From assembly GCA_951406725.2 (NCBI GenBank), contig OX597819.1, positions 17,732,001 to 17,796,000 on the forward strand: DNA of 64,000 nucleotides, read 5' to 3'. Shown here in pieces: positions 29,278-42,647 of the stretch. The number at the start of each line of letters is the position of its first letter. Within the stretch, counting starts at the first letter, position 1. The translations under genes were made by a program, and so were the position numbers. The notes beneath the pieces were generated by a model, which was not told where the DNA came from, did no database searches, and was given only the letters and a program-made list of their open reading frames with translations. Source of the stretch: Octopus vulgaris. Lineage: Eukaryota.

Positions 29278-29279
<2 letters not shown>

Positions 29280-29500
29280 TTCTAGTATAGGCACAAGGCC
29301 TGAAATTTCAGGGAGATGTCTAGTTGATTATATCGACACACCGTGTTTCCCTGGTACTTAATCTATCGACCCGAAAGGATAAAAGGAAACTTCAACATCG
29401 GCGGAATTTGAACAAAGAACGTGAGCCATAGTAGAAGACACTTTCCCAGGGTGCCACAAAGTAGAACTGAACTCAAAACAATACGGTGGAGAGACGAACT
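29278..29500 (-). mobile_element. SINE B fragment fused to a SINE A head fragment
   Basis: B tail and core at 29278-29420, then ATAGTAGAAGACACTTTCCCAGGGTGCCAC of family A. Confidence 0.6.
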
Positions 29501-29533
29501 CCTTATGTACATATCTATGTACCTGTTGGTGAA

Positions 29534-29856
29534 GGTGCGTGGCTTAGTGGTTACGGAAATCGGCTCACAACCGTACGGCCGTGAGTTCAATTCCCGGCGA
29601 CGCGTTGTTTTCTTGAGCAAGACACTTTATTTCACGTTGCTCCAGTCCACTCAGCTGGCAAAAATGGGTAGTACCTATATTTTAAAGGGCCGGCCTTATC
29701 ATACTCTTTGTTACGCTGAATCTCCCTAAAGAACTACATTAAGTGTGCACGTGTCTGTGGAGTGGCCAGCCACTTGCACATCAATTTCAGGAGCAAGCTG
29801 TTCCGTTGATCGTATCTGCTAGGATCTTCATTGTCGTAACTGACGGAATGCTCCTT
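29534..29856 (+). mobile_element. tRNA-headed SINE family C (CORE-like domain)
   Basis: A box TGGCTTAGTGG, B box GAGTTCAATTCC, and CTTGAGCAAGACACTTTATTTCACGTTGCTCCAGTCCACTCAGCTG. A homolog lies at 42648. Confidence 0.8.
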
Positions 29857-29857
29857 T

Positions 29858-30587
29858 ATGTATCTACTACATAGATTACTTAAAAACACACAGATACACA
29901 CATACTCCCTCCACAACACTGATATCAAGAAATCCTTTTGCGAGCGTGACCTAGGTATCACTGTCAGCAGTGATTTGCGTTGGACAAAGCATATCTCTAA
30001 AATTGTCAAGAAGGCCGAGTGTGTCTTGGCATCACTCGGCAAGACTTTTGTTAGCCACTCTCCAGCCATCTATTTAAAACTGTATACAGCTATGGTACGA
30101 CCACACTTGGAATTCGCATCATCAGTTTGGAATCCCTATCTTGCTCAGAACATTGACCTCCTGGAATCTGTCCAGAGACGCGCAACCAAACGCATACCCT
30201 CCATCAGACACCTACCATATTCTGAACGCCTTGTTTCCCTGGGCATGGATTCACTGAAGCTCCGGCGTCTGGCGACGGACTTGGTAAACACCCACAAAGT
30301 TATCAACCACCTCACCAACAACAACACTGAACACCTTTTTGATCTCCATGTGTCTAACACACGTGGACATGCCTACAAAGTCAGAAAATAACACAGCTCC
30401 CATGACTTTCGGAAACATTTTTTCACGCTCAGAGTTGCTGAAGCATGGAATAAACTGCCTGCGTCAGTTGTTGACTGCCATGACACTGCATCCTTTAAGG
30501 CCCTCATGCTTTCCGAAATCCACCGAAACTACACCTGATTATATATATACTTTAGATGAGTTGTAGTGCACCTGAGCACTGTACACA

Positions 30588-30654
<67 letters not shown>
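29858..30654 (+). mobile_element. CR1-clade LINE 3' fragment with (ATT)n tail
   Basis: ERDLGI, LYTAMVRPHLEFASSVWNP, LESVQRRATK, YSERL..LG, TRGH, FF..RV...WNKLP with one internal stop. 3' UTR stem GTAGTGC/GCACTGT and tail 30588-30654. Confidence 0.92.
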
Positions 30655-30658
<4 letters not shown>

Positions 30659-31138
30659 AACACACACACATGCACAGCACACATACACACAGACACACAT
30701 GAACAGACAGACACACACACACACACAAGAATTCTAGTCATTCTGTTTCTTCGGTGAATTTATTTTAGTTGATCGTCAAGAGTTATTTTTGAATCAAAAA
30801 CTTGTTTACATTTATTTAAAACAAAAAAAAAACCAAACCCAAAGAAAAGGAGGTGAATCGAGGTTTTGGGAATCTAATTTTAACGATGTTTAGAAGCATG
30901 GCGCTAATAGTACAATAAATTTGAATTATATATTTATCATTCCTCTTCTTCTAAATCTCATCCTTCCACTCTCTTTTTATTTTCTTTCCCCGCCACTTCG
31001 TATTTTTGTTGGTCTTTTCTTCTTCTTCTTCTTCTTCTTCTTCTTCTTCTTCTTCTTCTTCTTCTTCTTCTTCTTCTTCTTCTTCTTCTTCTTCTTCTTC
31101 TTCTCAGTTTATTTCTTCTTCAGATCCTCCTCCTTCCT

Positions 31139-31172
<34 letters not shown>

Positions 31173-31372
31173 CCATCACGATGTTAGAAATCAAAATCAT
31201 TATCGCTTTTTTTTTATTTATTTTTTCCTTCTCGTTTATATCCTCTTTTGCCCTTTTCTCTCTTGGCATTCTCCGTTTTCAATATAAACCAGACTTATCT
31301 GGCTAAACAAATTACGGAAGCAGATATTCTGAAAATAGTCTCAGATCCCAACCACACACAACCTCACCACCA

Positions 31373-31478
<106 letters not shown>

Positions 31479-31661
31479 TCACTCACTCAGAGAGAGGCTA
31501 CAGTGACTTTTCTAAAGTCCAGGTGCGATCTTTGCTAATTCGTAGATTAATGAGCTTATCTCCGCACTTAAAGTACTGATTTATGTTTCTATCTATCTCA
31601 TTTATCCTTGCATCTATTATCACTTCCAGATCTCATGTCTATCCATTTCTCTCATCAACTC

Positions 31662-31751
<90 letters not shown>

Positions 31752-31913
31752 GTTCTTGTCTGCCTTTCTATATATGCTTCTCTTTATACACACACATGTC
31801 TCTGTTTATACATAGACAGGTTTACATAAACACAGACGCATACATATGTATATGTATATAGTGTGCGCATATAGATATATAATATATATACATATATATA
31901 TATATACACGTAC

Positions 31914-31948
<35 letters not shown>

Positions 31949-31969
31949 CATATACATACATATATATAT

Positions 31970-32000
<31 letters not shown>

Positions 32001-33046
32001 TATTGAGAGAGAGGGAAGGAGTGAGAAGGAGAGAGAGGAGGGGGAATGAGGGAGAGAGGGGAGGTAGTGGTAGAGAGAGTAAGAAATAGAGAGAAAACGA
32101 AGCAGAAGGAGAAAAGAGAAATGTTGATAAATGGAGAGAGATCCGTGTGTGTGTGTATATGAGTATATATGTGTATATATGATTGTATATAAAATTAGCT
32201 CCACCCGTGTGAATGCTTGTAAACGTGTGAATGTGAGCCTATTTATGGGCCAATGCGTTTCTCATAAGTTTATAATTCGTTTCCTGTCGTACTAAACGGA
32301 CGTTGGATAACAGAAATACATCTTTAACGTGCGTACACGTCTCAATTAAGCTACGTTCAAGCATTCCAGATCTGTGGGCCTATGTCGAACGGTCACTGTC
32401 ACGCATGGAGCGAATTAGGTTGTCAACCGCGTCTATCGTGAATATTGCTCCGCCACCTTCCTTTAACCGGCAAGGCAAGGCAGTTTTCATTGTACTCTTG
32501 GCTATGATGAAAGAATTTGTATGGTGGACACGTTTGAAAGCTGTAGAGACAAATACTTTCCTTCCTCAACAAACTTTTCAAGTATCACTTGAATAGGAAG
32601 CCGAGAATAGAGAGGGAAATTTTGTCTAATGAAAATTTTAACCAAGGGTGGGTAAATGTGGCGACGATAGTATGCAGGAATGTCGGAACCACCTTGAGCA
32701 TGATCCTATAAAACAAAGAGAGAAAGAGCGCTTTGCTCTCATGTTAGTTTTGTTTTTTCGTTTCTGAGGTTACCGTGGATCTTTTTCGTAGTTTTTTCTT
32801 TCCACGGATAAACCTAGTCAATGTTATATTTAGTCTCCCTCTGGGGAAATCTAATTGTTTAAAACGACAATTTTGTTTTTCCTTGTGCACACGTCCCAAA
32901 GCAATACCTTTTTGATCGTTTTCGAAAAGAAAAATTCTATATTGTGTTGTGCCCTCTGTGTTCGGGTAATAAAGAAATATATCTTGTCTTCTTATTTGCA
33001 ATACAATAAGAACCAAACCTGATACGTAGCCATCCGTGTGTGTGTG

Positions 33047-33152
<106 letters not shown>

Positions 33153-33169
33153 AATATATATTCTTCTTT

Positions 33170-33366
33170 GTGTGTTTGAATCATTTAAAAGCGGCCATGC
33201 TGCAGCACCACCCTTAGGAGAAAATATCGACGCCAGGATTTATTATTTGAAAGCCTACTATTTACTCTATCGATCTTCTTCTGCTGAACCGATAAGTGAC
33301 GAAAATACCAACATCGGTTGTCAACCAATGGTGGTGGGGGGACAAACACATATACAAATAACAAAT

Positions 33367-33370
<4 letters not shown>
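33170..33370 (-). mobile_element. SINE family A 3' half
   Basis: GCGGCCATGCTG...CCAACATCGGTTGTCAA...GGGGGACAAACAC. Confidence 0.7.
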
Positions 33371-33442
<72 letters not shown>

Positions 33443-33487
33443 ATGTATGTATGTATATATATATATAAAGGTTCGTTTGGAGAAATA

Positions 33488-35105
33488 CAGTGGGGGGAAA
33501 TAAATATTCGTAAATGTCAAAATTCTTTATTTATCTAATTTCTAATGAACATAAATGGGATATACCAATACTATATTTGCATACACATGCATAAACTAAG
33601 AATATGCAAAATAAACTAATAAATTATAGTAACTAAGGAATTTATATAGAATCATAAATATTTAGGGGTGAAAAAAGTATTCGCACAGAATATATTTATG
33701 ATTTTCTATGCCACAAAATACTGTTAAAATAATTTCTTTTTTACTAGAACTTTCTCATTTGTTCCAATAATCTTATCAGTTGTCATTTTTAAGTGTCAAA
33801 ACGCTAGCTTCTTCATTCAGCACTGAGACAATATAAAATAATATCGTAATAATGGTGAAAAGTAAAGAACTCACAAATACAGTGAAAAACTTAATTATTG
33901 AACAGTGGAAAGCAGGTGAAAGTTACAGGAAAATATCAGAGACCATTTGTATTCCATTTTCTACCATATCTTCATTTATTCAAAGATATAAAATATCAGG
34001 AACTGTTGAAAACAGAATATGATCCAGTGCACCATGCAAGATTTCCCCTAGATCTTTAAGAAAAATGAAGTGAAGAATCGAAAAAAAACAAACAAAAACA
34101 AAACTCAATGATCACCAGAAAGGAGTTGTAAGAAGATTTGTTAGCTTCAGTGACTAGTGTTACACTATGAACAATCAGCAATGAACTTCATAGGAATGAA
34201 CTGAAGTCACACTCTCCTAGAAAAACTCCGCTGTTGACTAAAAGGCATAGAGATGTCCGTTTAAAATTTGTTTATGAACATAAAGATAAACCTGATACAT
34301 TCTGGGAAAATGTTCTATGGACAGACGAGTCAAAAATTGAATAGTTTGGAAGAAATTCGCGTAGCCATGTTTGGAGGAAAGATGGTACTGCCTATTCGCC
34401 GAAAAACACAATTCCTACCATAAAGTTTGGAGGTGGCAACATCATGGTGTGGGGTTGTTTCTCTGCAAATGGTACTGGCAATTTACATGTGATAGATGGT
34501 AGAATGAATGCAGAGATGTACCAAAATATTTTTAACAATAATTTATGGGACTCTGTAGAAAAGCTCCAGCTTTGTGAAGGGTGGGTTTTAAAAGAGGATA
34601 ACAACCCTAAGCACACGGCAAAGTCTACCAAAGAATGGATTGTCGATCACAATATAAAATTATCAGAATGGCCAAGCCAGTCGCCTGACTTGAACCCCAT
34701 TGAAAATTTGTGGCGTTATTTGAAAATTAAAATTCATTCAAAAGCCCCAACGTGCATTCCAGATTTGAAGAAAATTTGTCAAGAAGAATGGGAAAAAATT
34801 CCGAAAGAAACATGTGAGTCATTGATTAAGAACTACAAGAAGAAATTGGTTGAAGTGCAACTGAACAATGGTTATGCTACGAAGTATTAAATCAGAATTA
34901 TCAGTTATTTATGTTCTGTACGAATACTTTTTTCACCCCTAAATATTTATAATTGTATATAAATTCCTTAGTAACTAAATTTATTAGTTTCTTTTGCATA
35001 TTCTTAGTGTATGCAAATATAGTAATGGTATATCCCATTTATGTTCATTAGAAATTAGATAAATAAAGAATTTTGACATGTACGAATATTTATTTCCCCC
35101 CACTG
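33488..35105 (+). mobile_element. Full-length Tc1 transposon with about 200-bp IR/DR-type TIRs and TA target duplication
   Basis: TA|CAGTGGGGGGAAATAAATATTCG...CGAATATTTATTTCCCCCCACTG|TA. TIRs at 33488-33690 and 34914-35105. Confidence 0.96.
33852..34890 (+). pseudogene. Tc1 DD34E transposase, inactivated by stops and a frameshift
   Basis: MVKSKELT..., VLWTDESK, PTIKFGGGNIMVWGCF, EDNNPKH and WPSQSPDLNPIENLW, with 34 residues between the second D and E. Confidence 0.93.
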
Positions 35106-35107
35106 TA

Positions 35108-35285
35108 CATACTCCTTGTAACACCAAAGATGAATTGAAAGCAAGGATTATGGCAGCATTCACCAATTTAAATACGAGACCTTTCAGAAGAGTTGCAGGA
35201 GATTCCGAAGTTGTCTGGATGTCGTAGTTGAAGCCAATGGCGATTTTGTTGAATACATTTACTCTTTAGTATTTCAAGATATCTT
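35108..35285 (+). pseudogene. C-terminus of an older mariner/maT-like transposase adjoining the Tc1
   Basis: TPCNTKDELKARIMAAFTNLN..KSCRRFRSCLDVVVEANGDFVE. Confidence 0.7.
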
Positions 35286-35534
35286 TAGATCTCTTTAGAT
35301 AAAATTAGAAACAAGAAGTGGTGGAAGAGAGAAAGGGACAGTCATATTGTATCGAAAAACAAAACAAAAAACATTCTTGATATACATATTTTATAAAACT
35401 ATTTTGTATAAGAAACTGAATGAGGTGACAATGAAGCATTACATTTAAGAAAGAAGTCTAAATTTTTCATGTTAGTTCCCTGGTGATTAGTTAATAAATA
35501 TTATGACCAAAGTGAAATGCATCTTTTTATATAT

Positions 35535-35750
35535 ACCTATTTCTTTACTACTCACAAGGGGCTAAACACCCAGAGGACAAACAAGGACAGACAAACGGAT
35601 TAAGTCGATTAAGTGCGTAACTGGTACTTATTTAATCGACCGCGAAAGGATGAAAGGCAAAGTCGACCTCGGCGGAATTTGAACCCAGAACGTAACGGCA
35701 GACGAAATACCTATAAGCATCTCGCCCGGTGTGCTAACATTTCTGCCAGG
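35535..35750 (-). mobile_element. SINE family B copy
   Basis: Head plus one unit ending in the internal-type tail. Confidence 0.8.
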
Positions 35751-36450
35751 ATGAAAATGACGCATTGGAATGACCTGAGCGAGATTGGACCGCTATCAAT
35801 AGAAATTTCAGTGACGTCATATCTGATCTTTGAATAGATGCAGACTCGCATTCAAAGATATCAAAGGAGTCGATTTTGTCAAAATGATTCCAAAGTTCAC
35901 TTGGTAAAATCTTGGTAACATCTTCTGCTGGAGATGAACACAACATTGCTCTTCGGATAAGATACATTCTGTCTAAATGGCATTCATAAAATTTAAGTCT
36001 CACAAATTTTATCCATAAGATTCGGTAGAAGCGCTACATTATAAGACGGAGCCTAGGAATGGTTTATAATGGAATTAACGATGACATGTGTTGATTGGAT
36101 GCAGACCCTTTAATCGTTCGGTTTTGTTTGTAGGCGATAAAAATAGAACCCTGATAGCCATGGCCCACCTCCATCGCAAACAGCCCTAATACCACAAACA
36201 CCACCACCACCATCATGTCCACAAACACAAGCGGTATAACAACCATCACCGACACCGCAATCCCCGTTATCTATACGTTCGCCATCGTTACCACCATATT
36301 CAGCCCTTTCAATACCAAAATAACCTTCACACACACACACACAACAATCATCATCGCTAACAGCACAACAACCATCATTTTACTCTCACCACTCATACCA
36401 CTACCCATGTTACCAACACAACTGTTACCAACTCCACGGACACCACCAAC

Positions 36451-36560
36451 TGTAGTAGTAGTAGCAGTAGTAGTAGAAGTAGTGGTGGTAGTGGTGGTGG
36501 TAGTGGTAGTAATAGTAGAAGTAGTAGTGGTGATAGTAGTATTAGTAGTTGTTGTAGTTA

Positions 36561-36600
<40 letters not shown>

Positions 36601-36870
36601 GGTGGTGGTGGTGTTAGTAGTAGTAGTAGTAGTGGTGGTGGTGGTGGTAGTAGTAGTAGTAGAAGTAGTGGTGGTGATAGTAGTAGTAGTAGTAGTAGTA
36701 GTTGTAGTAGTAGTAGTAGTTGTTGTATAGTAGTAGTAGTAGTAGTAGTTGTAGTAGTAGTAGTAGTAGTAGCAGTAGTAGCAGCAGTAGCAGCAGCAGT
36801 AGTAGTAGTAGTAGCAGTAGTAGAAGAAGAAGAAAAAGAAGAAGTAGTAGTAGTAGCACTAGTAGTAGTA
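36451..36870. repeat. (GTA)/(GTG)/(GCA) compound microsatellite
   Basis: Direct reading. Confidence 0.93.
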
Positions 36871-37660
36871 ACCTACTGTCGTCGCTGCTGCTTTGCTACT
36901 ACTATAGCCATCACTTTCACGTCCACCATTACGATGGCCCTAATCTCCATTAGCATCGCAAGCGCAACCACCACCACCACCACCGCCATTTTCACAAATA
37001 CCGCTGACACCACTAAAGCCACCACCATTAGATCAATCATCATCATCATCATCATCATCATCATAATCATCCTCCACCGCCACAACTACCCATACCATCG
37101 CAACCATCACAATGAACGCAACGATTAATACACCACCAGCAGCAGCAACATCATCGTCATCATCATCGTGAATATCATCTGCCCCACCATCTGCCATCTT
37201 CACCATCACCACCACCACCACCATCACCATCACCCCTACACACATCATTACCACTACCACAATATCCACACCACCACCACCACCACCACCATCATCATCA
37301 TCATTGACAACAACCTAACCATTCACAAATATCAATAAGCGGAAGGCCAGCACCACAGCCGCCACCATCATCACAACCACGACCATCACCCCTCATTCCC
37401 ATGCTGTCTATTGACGTCTTTTCTATTACGATCATGATCAGACATCATCATCTGCATCAACACACCCATATCGTCGCCAACGTCACCACCTCTAACGGCA
37501 CAACTGACACGATGACCATCACCACCGCCGCCCCCACCACTAACACCACCACCAACATCATCACTATAATCATGATCATCATAATCGCCATCTCCGCAAC
37601 TACCATCCTCGTAGCATCATGTTTACTATCAAATCCATTATCACTACTACCACAGTGAAA

Positions 37661-37738
37661 TATCACCATCATCATCATCATCATCACCACCATCATCATC
37701 ATCATCATCATCATCACCACCACCACCACCACCATCAC

Positions 37739-37770
<32 letters not shown>

Positions 37771-37774
37771 CCAC

Positions 37775-37806
<32 letters not shown>

Positions 37807-37955
37807 CCACCACCACCACCACCATCATCATCATCGTCATCATCATCACCACCACCACCACCACCACCACCACCACCACCACCACCACCACCACCACCAC
37901 CCCACCACCACCATCATCATCATCACCATCATCATCAACATCATCATCATCACCA
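37661..37955. repeat. (CAT)/(CAC) compound microsatellite
   Basis: Direct reading. Confidence 0.93.
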
Positions 37956-38949
37956 ACAGCAGTAGGATCGGAAGAAGTTGCAGTAACAGCAGCGGCAGGA
38001 ACGACACGATCAGTATGAACATGTACAACAACAACCTCGGCATTCTCCTCAGCTTCTACTTATCGTTATCTCTATCATGAGCAACAACAACAACTACAAC
38101 AGCAACAACACCACTAACAACCACAGCAACATGAAGGAACCATTTCTTGTACTTCTCTCTTAATCAAAATATCTTAATTCGATAACTTGATTCCAAAATT
38201 ATTATTTTTCTTCCTAGTTTATACATACTCCGCTCCCCATTCCGCCCCTCTACTTATCCTCTCCCCGCGCCTTCTTCCCTCTCATTATCCTCTCTTCTCC
38301 TCTTCTCTCTTCTCCTTCTCCTCTCTTCTCCTCTTCTCTCCCCTTCTTCTCCTCCTTCTTACTCTCCTTCCTCTCCATCGACTTCTTCCATCATTCGCCG
38401 CAATCACTTGGTGATTCAGCGAAGAATTTCTGCCAATTTTACCAAATTTGAACACTTAATGCTTTCACTTTAATAAATCTGAGAGATTTTCAAATTATTT
38501 AGCGGTGGCGAAAGTAGAAATTTTGAAAAGAATTGCTAGAAAATTACATCGAATGGAGAATTATCGGTTCGGTGTGTGTGTATGTGTGGGCAAAGATGAG
38601 TGGAGGAATGGAATAATATGGAAAGAGCGAAAGAAATAGAGCAATGCATGCAGAGGGAAGTTATTAGAAGAGCCAGACATAACTCAAAAACAAGATAAAT
38701 GAATAAATAGAATGAAAAATGAAGAACATAAATGAAATGGAATGAAATATACTTTTATCATAAAGCAGTAATAAAAAAAAAAAAGCAGATTGAACGATGT
38801 AGTGCGGAGTCAATGCTGTTGTTTGTCTCTTAACCTTTGTCAGCCCTATTGCAACGAGCCTATGATGAAAGAAGCTCCAGCTGGGAGCGTTCCATCGACA
38901 AAATCAGGCAAAGGGTATCAAAAATAACATCAAAAGATGCTAATGAATG

Positions 38950-39240
38950 TGGGAAAATGGTTATGTGGTTTAGCAGCTTGCTTTGCACAGTCACGGTTGC
39001 AAGTTCAATACCATTGCCAGATGCGATGGGTAAGTGCCTTGTGCTGCAACTTGGGACTGACCCACGCTTTGTAGATGAATCTGGTAGAAGGAAATAGTGG
39101 AGACGCTCGCGAGTGTGTGTTTGATACTCATCAGCTCTTGCAAAACCGGTGTTCGCTTGTTTACGTTCCCGTAGCTTAGCGGCATCGCAAGAGTGTCCCT
39201 TAGAATATGAACTATGTACTGGGCTCGATTTGCTCGACTA
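38950..39240 (+). mobile_element. Old diverged SINE family A
   Basis: Degenerate head, GGGTAAGTGCCTT, TGTTTACGTTCCCGTAGCTTAGCGG and GATTTGCTCGACTAA. Confidence 0.65.
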
Positions 39241-39304
39241 ATAATAACAAAAACATCGTTGAAAAATACCTTAGGAATGAGAAACAGGTTCGAAATTTCC
39301 CCAA

Positions 39305-39351
39305 GACACCAGATGAATGCTGGAGGGGTATATCAGCCGAAACGTTGTGTT
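39305..39351 (+). ncRNA. Degenerate minimal hammerhead motif in a segment at 39254-39431
   Basis: GACAC CAGATGA A TGCTG-loop-CAGCC GAA ACGT T GTGTT. Helix I GACAC/GTGTT, with U4 changed to A. Confidence 0.65.
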
Positions 39352-39707
39352 AACAACAAACAAGATGAGGACAAATATCCACCAAATGTAAATAATGTAA
39401 ATAATTCCTCATCGCTTAAATATAGAACTGTGTTTTAGTGGTATCTTAATTCATCCACTCGCTAGGGATGAAATATGTAGAGGTAAATTCTTAAATTCTA
39501 AAGGATTTGAAATCAGAATGAAAAAGTTCGAAAGGAATATTGTTTAGGTCTATTTATATTTCCGATGATCCAACGAATGTGGCAGCTTGCTGTCTTGAAA
39601 AGAAATACAAGATATATTCGTTACAGAGCATAACTAAACACACACACACACACACACACGTACACGTCACCAATTAGATATACAAAAGATACACATGATG
39701 TATCTTT

Positions 39708-40135
39708 GGGCAGGAGTGGCTGTGTGGTAAGTAGCTTGCTAACCAACCACATGGTTCCGGGTTCAGTCCCACTGCGTGGCATCTTGGGCAAGTGTCTTCT
39801 GCTATAGCCCCGGGCCGACCAATGCCTTGTGAGTGAATTTGGTAGACGGAAACTGAAAGAAGCCTGTCGTATATACGTATATACGTATATATATATCTGT
39901 GTGTGTATTTGTGTGTCTGTGTTTGTCCCCCTAGCATTACTTGACAACCGATGCTGGTGTTTTTACGTCCCCGTCACTTAGCGGTTCGGCAAAAGAGACC
40001 GATAGAATAAGTACTGGGCTTACAAAGAATAAGTCCCGGGGTCGATTTGCTCGACTAAAGGCGGTGCTCCAGCATGGCCGCAGTCAAATGACTGAAACAA
40101 GTAAAAAAATAAAAAGAAAGAAAAGAAAAGAAAGA
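39708..40135 (+). mobile_element. Full-length SINE family A
   Basis: A box TGGCTGTGTGG, B box GGTTCAGTCCC, internal TA/TG repeat and A-rich tail. Nearly identical to 53734-54180. Confidence 0.93.
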
Positions 40136-40468
40136 TGTATGTGTAAAACGATCGGGAGTTGAACATCCGATGATAATGAGTGGACCAAACGCATGACCCG
40201 TGCCGACTAAAAAAACGGCAGCTATACTTTTCTAAACAGAATTCAGACGAAAAATGGAAAGGTTGTGGGATTAAAAGGAAAAATATGAGATAGAGCAGAT
40301 TTGCCTGTGATAGAAACATCCACGTCCCACCTACACATATATACACATACACACAGACACACTCAGACACACAACCAGACACACACACACTCATATATAC
40401 ACATGCATATACCTACATAAACATATATATATATATATATATGTATGTGTATATATATATACATATAC

Positions 40469-40511
<43 letters not shown>

Positions 40512-40589
40512 CATATGTATATATCTATATATATATATATATATATTTACACACATACATATGTATATTTCTATCTATATATATATTGT

Positions 40590-40985
40590 TTTATTCTTTT
40601 ATCCTTTTACTTCTTTCAGTCATGTGACTGAGCCCATAATGGAGAACCACCTTAGAGGATTTAAGCTATTCTCTGTAAGCCTAGTCCTTATTCTACCAGT
40701 CTCTTTTACCGAACCACTAAGTTATGGGGACGTAAATGCACCAACATCGATCGTAAAGCGATGGGGTGGGACAAGCACAGACAGAAAGACACACACATAT
40801 ACAAAAAATATATATATATACATATGACGGACTTCTTTTAGTTTCCGTCTATATAATCCACTCACAAGGTTTTTGTCGGCCCGAGGCTATAGTAGAAGAC
40901 AGTTGGTCAAGGAACCAAGCCGTGGGACTGAACCCGGGACCATGTGGTTGGTAAACAGGCAACTTACCACACTGCTACGTGTGCG
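40590..40985 (-). mobile_element. SINE family A
   Basis: Collinear reverse-complement match to family A. Confidence 0.8.
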
Positions 40986-41201
40986 CCTATGTATATATAT
41001 ATATATTTTCTTTAATTCTTTTATATTTCTTACTTGTTTCAATAATTTAGACCGCGGCCATGCTGTAGCACCATATCATATTATATATATATATACGTAT
41101 ATACCGCATAGAGCGTGTATGGTTATATATACACAAGTGCATGTATATATATATATATATATACTACTATATATACATAGTATATAGTATATAGTATATA
41201 G

Positions 41202-41252
<51 letters not shown>

Positions 41253-41679
41253 AGTTGAAGTTGCTTTGTCTGAGATTACTCATATCAGACGGGTATGTTC
41301 GATTTTTAGTGCTTTCAAATCCAAATTAAGAAATGTTGAACTGACGAAAGAAATGTTGAGTTTCAAATTCAACTAATCCAGAAACGTAACGTTCTCAAAT
41401 AATCTTTGTACATGTGATATTTTGTTATTTTTCCCTCCATATCTACGTGAATTATTTTTGAGTAAACACTGTATGGGAGATTTTTCTTATAGTAGAAGTG
41501 GCTAAAAAAACTTTTTGGCTGCTATTTCTAAAAGTTTCAGTGTGTGGTAAAGTAAATTATTTTACTAAGCCCTAATTATATAACGTAATATTTTAAATAT
41601 ACCTTGAATGATCCTTTTACATACTGAACACTACTTGGTGAAATTAATTAATAATTAATTAATTTTACCCTTTTATTAT

Positions 41680-41734
<55 letters not shown>

Positions 41735-41901
41735 TTTTTTATAAGTTTTTTATATATATATATACATATATTTTTGACCTTTTTGTTTATCGCTCGAAGA
41801 TTGACCGTTTTTTCTAAAGGGCTAATCAAACAAGTCCATTTCTTTTTAAAGGCGTATCGTTTGTAAGAGTATAGATTGAATTGATATATCGGTTCCATTC
41901 T

Positions 41902-41955
41902 AGCAAAAACTGTCTGATGAACGGCAACGAGAAACTCAGAGTAACAGATTTTGTT
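41902..41955 (+). ncRNA. Minimal type I hammerhead ribozyme with intact core
   Basis: AGCAAAAACTGT CTGATGA A CG-GCAA-CG A GAA ACTC-A-GAGT A ACAGATTTTGTT. Helix I pairs 11 of 12 positions. GUA site at 41943. Confidence 0.82.
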
Positions 41956-41973
41956 GTATTTTCTGCTGCTTAA

Positions 41974-42022
<49 letters not shown>

Positions 42023-42234
42023 CATATAACTTAAAGGTGTCAGGTCTTGTTTATACGTGGTTGTAGATATTTAAGAGAGTAAAATATGTAAAAATACACA
42101 GGATGTTTGTATAATAAGATTTATGCTACTTTTAAGATGATACTGAAAGAAATGTCTACAAAAATTATTGACAACAGCAGAAATGGCGTCCCCATGATTT
42201 AACAAAAAATTCTCTCTGTACTGAAATCTCAGAG

Positions 42235-42278
42235 CTTGGAAGTTTGATAAGCGTAAGACGCGAACCCGGTACTCCAAG
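42235..42278 (+). ncRNA. Degenerate hammerhead motif inside a decayed fold-back (about 42072-42380)
   Basis: CTTGGAAG TTTGATAA GCGT-AAG-ACGC GAA CCCGGT A CTCCAAG. Helices are retained but the core is mutated. Confidence 0.55.
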
Positions 42279-42417
42279 TTTATTATATGATAACTCTTTG
42301 TTACATTATGATTTTAATATTAGCATACATTTTATTATACAAACCTCCTGTGCGGTTTTACATATTTTCTTTCGTAAATATATACATATACACATATATG
42401 TATACATATATACATAT

Positions 42418-42460
<43 letters not shown>

Positions 42461-42465
42461 CATAC

Positions 42466-42530
<65 letters not shown>

Positions 42531-42587
42531 CGTACATACATAAATACATACACGCACGCACACACACACACACACACACAAATATAT

Positions 42588-42633
<46 letters not shown>

Positions 42634-42647
42634 TAGATAGATAGATA

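Noticed and set aside
32303-32596. 97-aa ORF in unique sequence
   Set aside because: It has a non-ATG start and no recognisable domain; it needs BLASTx or RNA-seq.
32764-32819. CTGAGG..CCGTGGA/TCCACGG..TAAACCTAGTC as a hammerhead relic
   Set aside because: Both core segments are mutated and there is no clear helix I.
35760-36010. Possible mariner C-terminal remnant on the minus strand
   Set aside because: Only faint fragmentary similarity, with no diagnostic motif intact.
39708-39782. tRNA-like heads of SINE families A, B and C as tRNA genes
   Set aside because: A and B boxes are present, but they run into SINE bodies in many diverged copies and I see no complete cloverleaf.
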